Positions 60,409 through 64,000 of a stretch of DNA of 64,000 bases are shown here, piece after piece; the stretch's first letter is position 1; each line of letters begins with the position of its first letter. Under the pieces are notes generated by a model. That model made no database searches, was not told the DNA's origin, and was given only the letters and a program-made list of their open reading frames with translations. The position numbers and the translations under genes are program-made. The stretch lies in IMG/VR virus record IMGVR_UViG_2541047959_000009. One strand, written 5' to 3'. This stretch comes from a virus (lineage: Duplodnaviria; Heunggongvirae; Uroviricota; Caudoviricetes).

Positions 60409-60881
60409 ACCTGAATCTCTTTGACCGTTCCGCCGGCTTCTTTGAATTTTGCAATCAGGCTGTCAGCCTTATGCTCAAACTGACCATAACCAGCTCCCGG
60501 CAGTGAAGCCCAGATATTGCTGCAACGGTCGATAGCCTGACGAATATCACCGCGATCAATCATCGGTAAAGCACCACGCTCTTTAATCTGCTGCAGTGCA
60601 ACAGCATCCTGGCTTTTTGGAGAGAAGTCTTTCAGTCCAAGCTGTTTACGGTATGCATCCCACCAGCGGGAAAGAAGCTGGTAGCGCCCGGCAGCCGTTG
60701 ATTTGAGTTTTGGGTTTAGCGTGACAAGTCTGCGAGGGTGATCGGAGTAATCAGTGAATATTTCTCCGCCCACAATGACGTCATAACCATGATTACGTGT
60801 CGGTTGTAGCCCATTATCCGTTCCTTCTGACCAGGCCACCATATCGAGGAAAGCTTTACGCTGAGGATTAAGATTTTGCAT
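60405..60881 (-). CDS. R: lambda R-like endolysin (lytic transglycosylase)
   Basis: 158-aa ORF very similar to lambda R ([17 protein letters not shown]). Confidence 0.9.
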   Translation of the reverse strand: MQNLNPQRKAFLDMVAWSEGTDNGLQPTRNHGYDVIVGGEIFTDYSDHPRRLVTLNPKLKSTAAGRYQLLSRWWDAYRKQLGLKDFSPKSQDAVALQQIKERGALPMIDRGDIRQAIDRCSNIWASLPGAGYGQFEHKADSLIAKFKEAGGTVKEIQV

Positions 60882-61173
60882 TTTTCACCCCTGTCAGTCG
60901 TTCCCAGAAGTACGTCAGTGCAACCGAACCCATCGCACCACTAATCCCCGCAGTTGCGAGAATCATGTAAATACTGAATCCACTTTCGATACTGATTAGG
61001 CCACCAATAACACCGGTGAATCCTGATACAACTATCTGAGCGAGGGCATTTATCCAGCTCCACGTTGCTTTACTCTGCTTCACATCAATCAGGTAACGGA
61101 CAAGCCCCCCCCAACCTGCGATGATCAGCAAAACAAGCCAGAACGCTCCGGCAAGATTCTCTTTTTCGTGCAT
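60868..61173 (-). CDS. S: holin
   Basis: ORF 60868-61272 trimmed to MHEKENL Met; three hydrophobic segments; directly upstream of endolysin. Confidence 0.7.
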   Translation of the reverse strand: MHEKENLAGAFWLVLLIIAGWGGLVRYLIDVKQSKATWSWINALAQIVVSGFTGVIGGLISIESGFSIYMILATAGISGAMGSVALTYFWERLTGVKNAKS

Positions 61174-61290
61174 ATGAATAGCCGCAGTTTCGCCTCCGAC
61201 AGAAAATCGGAGCGTGAAATGATATGTTGATTTATTATTAATTCGAAAATTACATTCTAATTCATCAGGCATTGATGATTTTATAATAAT

Positions 61291-61313
61291 AAAGGCCGTT
61301 CGTTACGGCCTTT
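61291..61313 (-). terminator. hairpin terminator after acidic moron gene
   Basis: 8-bp stem AAAGGCCG/CGGCCTTT with 7-nt loop. Confidence 0.5.
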
Positions 61314-61324
61314 ATTATTGATAT

Positions 61325-61660
61325 TTATTTTACATCCCAAGGTAGTTCCTCAAGAGAGAAGACTAATTCATTATCAATAATTTCGTATTCTGCATAACCT
61401 TCAACCTCTCCTGAGAAGTTATTGTCAACGCATCCTTCATAATAGCTATATGGTGCTATAAAGTGAAACCCATATTCATCTATCTCTGTGATTTCAAAAT
61501 TGTAGTAATCGTAAGAATATCGAATATCATCATCAGAAATAGAACTAAGTACATAGTTATTAAATTTATCGGAATGCTTAACGATAAGTTCTGACAACGC
61601 GTCAAGATTCTCTGGAGAGATATTTCCTAACGGTAATCTGTACTCAACGGCATTAATCAT
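61325..61660 (-). CDS. hypothetical highly acidic 111-aa protein (moron at Q-S junction)
   Basis: AT-rich ORF with ~27 Asp/Glu versus ~6 Lys/Arg; between Q-like gene and holin. Confidence 0.6.
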   Translation of the reverse strand: MINAVEYRLPLGNISPENLDALSELIVKHSDKFNNYVLSSISDDDIRYSYDYYNFEITEIDEYGFHFIAPYSYYEGCVDNNFSGEVEGYAEYEIIDNELVFSLEELPWDVK

Positions 61661-61713
61661 ACAACCTCCTTTTTAACTGATATGAGGTTATATAATGTGT
61701 TTCAGTACAAGTA

Positions 61714-61739
61714 AATAAAAACCCGCTCAACAGCGGGTT
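61714..61739 (-). terminator. tR'-like terminator downstream of Q-like gene
   Basis: Stem ACCCGC/GCGGGT followed on minus strand by TTTTATTT. Confidence 0.55.
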
Positions 61740-61845
61740 CGTGAAAATTATCAACGGCAGACATACAAAGCCCATCGTTGAGAAAATCTTATCCATATTT
61801 TTTGAAAAATGCAAGCTTCATGTCACTATCTTCGGCGAAAATCAC

Positions 61846-62598
61846 TTATCTCGTCACCTTTCTCAATTGTGTTTCAGCATATGCTTCTTCCTGCCAGCAC
61901 TTTGTTACTAGTTTATCAATTACGTCTGCATATCCTTTGTACCACTGATAATCAGTCAGGTCTGGAACCAGCTTCTGGACATGACGTCGTGCCAGTGTAG
62001 TCGGTAAACGGCTAAACCGGTTTCCATTGCAACGCCCACAAGTCTTATAAACAGGCGTGCCATGAAGCCGGGTTCTTTTTTCATCCAGGACAATACCTTT
62101 ACCCTTACACCCTCTGCACGCCGTGCTGACTTCTCCCTTGCCATGACAATGCTGACACAGTTCCTTCACCCACTCTTCTTTGATAACGGATTCCCCGCTT
62201 CTGGAATGTTTCACCACTTCGCGCAATACATTATGAAATCCAGTACCAGTACAATGCTCACAGCGAGCCTTACTTGCCGCAGACCTGGAATAATCAGCAA
62301 AGGCAAAATTCACAAGGTAAGGGATGATCTGTAACCGGGTTTCTTCACTCAATTTGTTCAATGTCGGGTTATCCAGTGCCATCGCGTAATTGAGCAGGCC
62401 TTCAATCGCAAACTGAGGATCCTGAACACCAACTTTTGCCAGGAATAAGGCAAACCCAAGCGGTGCTTTCGACTGCACCATCCCCTGCGCAGCCATTACA
62501 TCCGTAATTGTTAAACCACCCGAGCCTGTCGCCGATGCGTCATCGCTCAATTTTGGAGATTTTGGGGAGTAATATTTCGGTAAGGCTTCAAGGTTCAT
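61846..62598 (-). CDS. putative late-gene antiterminator (Q-like) with DnaJ-type zinc finger
   Basis: ORF 61846-62640; four CxxCxGxG repeats; position immediately upstream of the lysis cassette. Confidence 0.5.
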   Translation of the reverse strand: MNLEALPKYYSPKSPKLSDDASATGSGGLTITDVMAAQGMVQSKAPLGFALFLAKVGVQDPQFAIEGLLNYAMALDNPTLNKLSEETRLQIIPYLVNFAFADYSRSAASKARCEHCTGTGFHNVLREVVKHSRSGESVIKEEWVKELCQHCHGKGEVSTACRGCKGKGIVLDEKRTRLHGTPVYKTCGRCNGNRFSRLPTTLARRHVQKLVPDLTDYQWYKGYADVIDKLVTKCWQEEAYAETQLRKVTR

Positions 62599-62611
62599 GC
62601 TCGTTCTCCAC

Positions 62612-63607
62612 TTACACCAGTACGCCAATTGCCAGCGCACGATCGATAAAACGAAATATCAGCTCCAGCTGGGAGCCATACATCTCTTCAAATGCCACGG
62701 TATCCGCATGCAGCTCGTCGTGATGCTTTCTGCACAAAGGCAACACAAAAAGGTCATGCGCTTTTGTACCCATTCCACCCTGTCCGTGGCCTATCAGGTG
62801 GTGGGGATCATCAGCGGGCTTTCCACAACATGCACACGACTGTGTCTTAACCCAGCGCGTGTACTTTTCATTAACCCAGCGGCGACGTTTTGGGCGTAAC
62901 ATAAAAGACTCCGGCGACTCCGGATCCACTTTCAGCGCCAGCACCTTTTTCGCCTTATCCTGGATGATGCTGGTGGCAGGAACCGAAGGCACAAGGTCAC
63001 TTTCCCGGGTGACAGACGGCACAACAGGCTTCGGTAATCTCAGTGCCTTACGGGCTGCACTTTCCGGTAAGGCATCCGCCAGATCATTACGAACCAGCCA
63101 CCAGCACAGTTCCGGCATTGTCACAACGTGACTGTCATCAAAACCGAGATCCCGACGCACAACAGACAACACCCAGCGGGCACAGTTATCCGTTGCCATT
63201 GATTCCAGCCGTTCCGTGAACTGATCGCGAAGCAGGTTATCGCAGTGCCAGCACAGACGGATTGCGCCCGGCGCGTGTCGCATTGTGGTCATGTTCTCGC
63301 TGTGCCATCCGGAATGAGGCCACTGACAGCCCTTTTCACGAAGTAACCAGCTTTCAAGACATTCCACACCCCCCGCACGACGAATAACTGCCTCATTGCG
63401 GAACACGGCCCGAATGGCAGGATCATCCGCCAGCGGTTGTGATGCCGCCGGAACGGCACCACTGGCAAAAGATGAATAACGTTCCGGCTCAGGCTCCAGC
63501 AGGACACGCCCCTGCATAAACAGGGGCATCAGCTCTGAACCGGGCCTGAACAATACGATCCCCATACGCGGGGCAATTTCAGGGGTCAGTAGTGCTCTCA
63601 CGGTCAC
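62612..63607 (-). CDS. hypothetical phage protein with His/Cys-rich C-terminus
   Basis: 331-aa ORF; CACCGKP..DPHHLIGHG...CRKHHDELH. Confidence 0.55.
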   Translation of the reverse strand: MTVRALLTPEIAPRMGIVLFRPGSELMPLFMQGRVLLEPEPERYSSFASGAVPAASQPLADDPAIRAVFRNEAVIRRAGGVECLESWLLREKGCQWPHSGWHSENMTTMRHAPGAIRLCWHCDNLLRDQFTERLESMATDNCARWVLSVVRRDLGFDDSHVVTMPELCWWLVRNDLADALPESAARKALRLPKPVVPSVTRESDLVPSVPATSIIQDKAKKVLALKVDPESPESFMLRPKRRRWVNEKYTRWVKTQSCACCGKPADDPHHLIGHGQGGMGTKAHDLFVLPLCRKHHDELHADTVAFEEMYGSQLELIFRFIDRALAIGVLV

Positions 63608-63608
63608 C

Positions 63609-63989
63609 TCAATGAACGGTATCGAGCAGCTTTAACAGCTCAGGGAATCGGGATTCGAAGAAATGCGGCTGCGTCTCGCGCGGATTTGCAGGACTGGTGA
63701 TGTTCTTGCCGAACATGCAGCCTTTCGCCGTCAGCGACCAGAATTTTTTGATGTTGTTAATCGCTGTACGGCTGTATCGTTCGCGCTGTTCGACGATCCC
63801 CAGCTTCGCCATCTGGTGATATGCCTGATTAGCCGTAAGGCGGATACCATACTGTTTCAGCAGTGCACTCAGCGACAGTGTCGGGCGACTTGAGCCATCA
63901 GGCGCGTCAGCAGGAGCATCAATGGCATAGCGCGGTGCCAGATTCGGTAAGCCAACAGCCTCCTGAAGCTTCTGACAGGCTCCAAGCAC
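63609..63989 (-). CDS. hypothetical phage regulatory protein (possibly antirepressor-like), N-terminus may lie beyond window
   Basis: 126-aa ORF whose start is 11 nt from the window edge. Confidence 0.4.
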   Translation of the reverse strand: MLGACQKLQEAVGLPNLAPRYAIDAPADAPDGSSRPTLSLSALLKQYGIRLTANQAYHQMAKLGIVEQRERYSRTAINNIKKFWSLTAKGCMFGKNITSPANPRETQPHFFESRFPELLKLLDTVH

Positions 63990-64000
63990 TGATGAGTTAG

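Larger units (their letters stand above)
39415..64000 (-). mobile_element. second prophage (continues beyond window end)
   Basis: Contiguous minus-strand lysis, head and contractile-tail modules. Confidence 0.8.

Overview
The window holds two tandem myovirus-type prophages separated by a small accessory islet. No database search, HMM or fold comparison was run: every functional call is by-eye motif and synteny recognition. (1) ~1-33490: a nearly complete P2/186-family prophage. Late genes lie on the minus strand in canonical P2 order (ogr-D-U-T-E/E'-FII-FI-G-H-I-J-W-V-[cargo]-S-R-lysC/B/A-K-Y-X-L-M-N-O), with P-Q on the plus strand. These are followed by a cos-proximal accessory locus, replication gene A (apparently frameshifted by a 26-bp tandem duplication), a Dam-like methyltransferase, a 186-type immunity region (CII-like, Apl-like, 210-aa CI-like), a tyrosine integrase, a RES-domain cargo gene and a 45-nt copy of the ssrA (tmRNA) 3' end marking the attachment site. 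(2) ~33491-39400: an islet with a PD-(D/E)xK-like gene, a GIY-YIG gene, a tRNA 3'-end-like fragment, a LexA-box/DinI-like pseudogene and a GmrSD-type (DUF262+DUF1524) putative type IV restriction gene. (3) ~39400-64000, continuing past the window end: a second prophage with a lambda-like lysis cassette and Q-like regulator, an HNH-TerS-TerL-portal-protease-capsid head module, and a Mu/SfV/e14-like contractile tail and baseplate module ending in a tail-fibre switching cassette flanked by inverted repeats, with no invertase gene visible. The best candidates for uncharacterised biology are the AT-rich single-gene cargos at known P2 variable loci (S-V junction, 12076-13776; Q/cos/A junction, 22642-24051), the RES-domain gene at the int-att junction, the two nuclease-fold genes in the islet, and morons in prophage 2. 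I could not assign the two hotspot cargo genes to any known family. No rRNA, intact tRNA or CRISPR array was seen.
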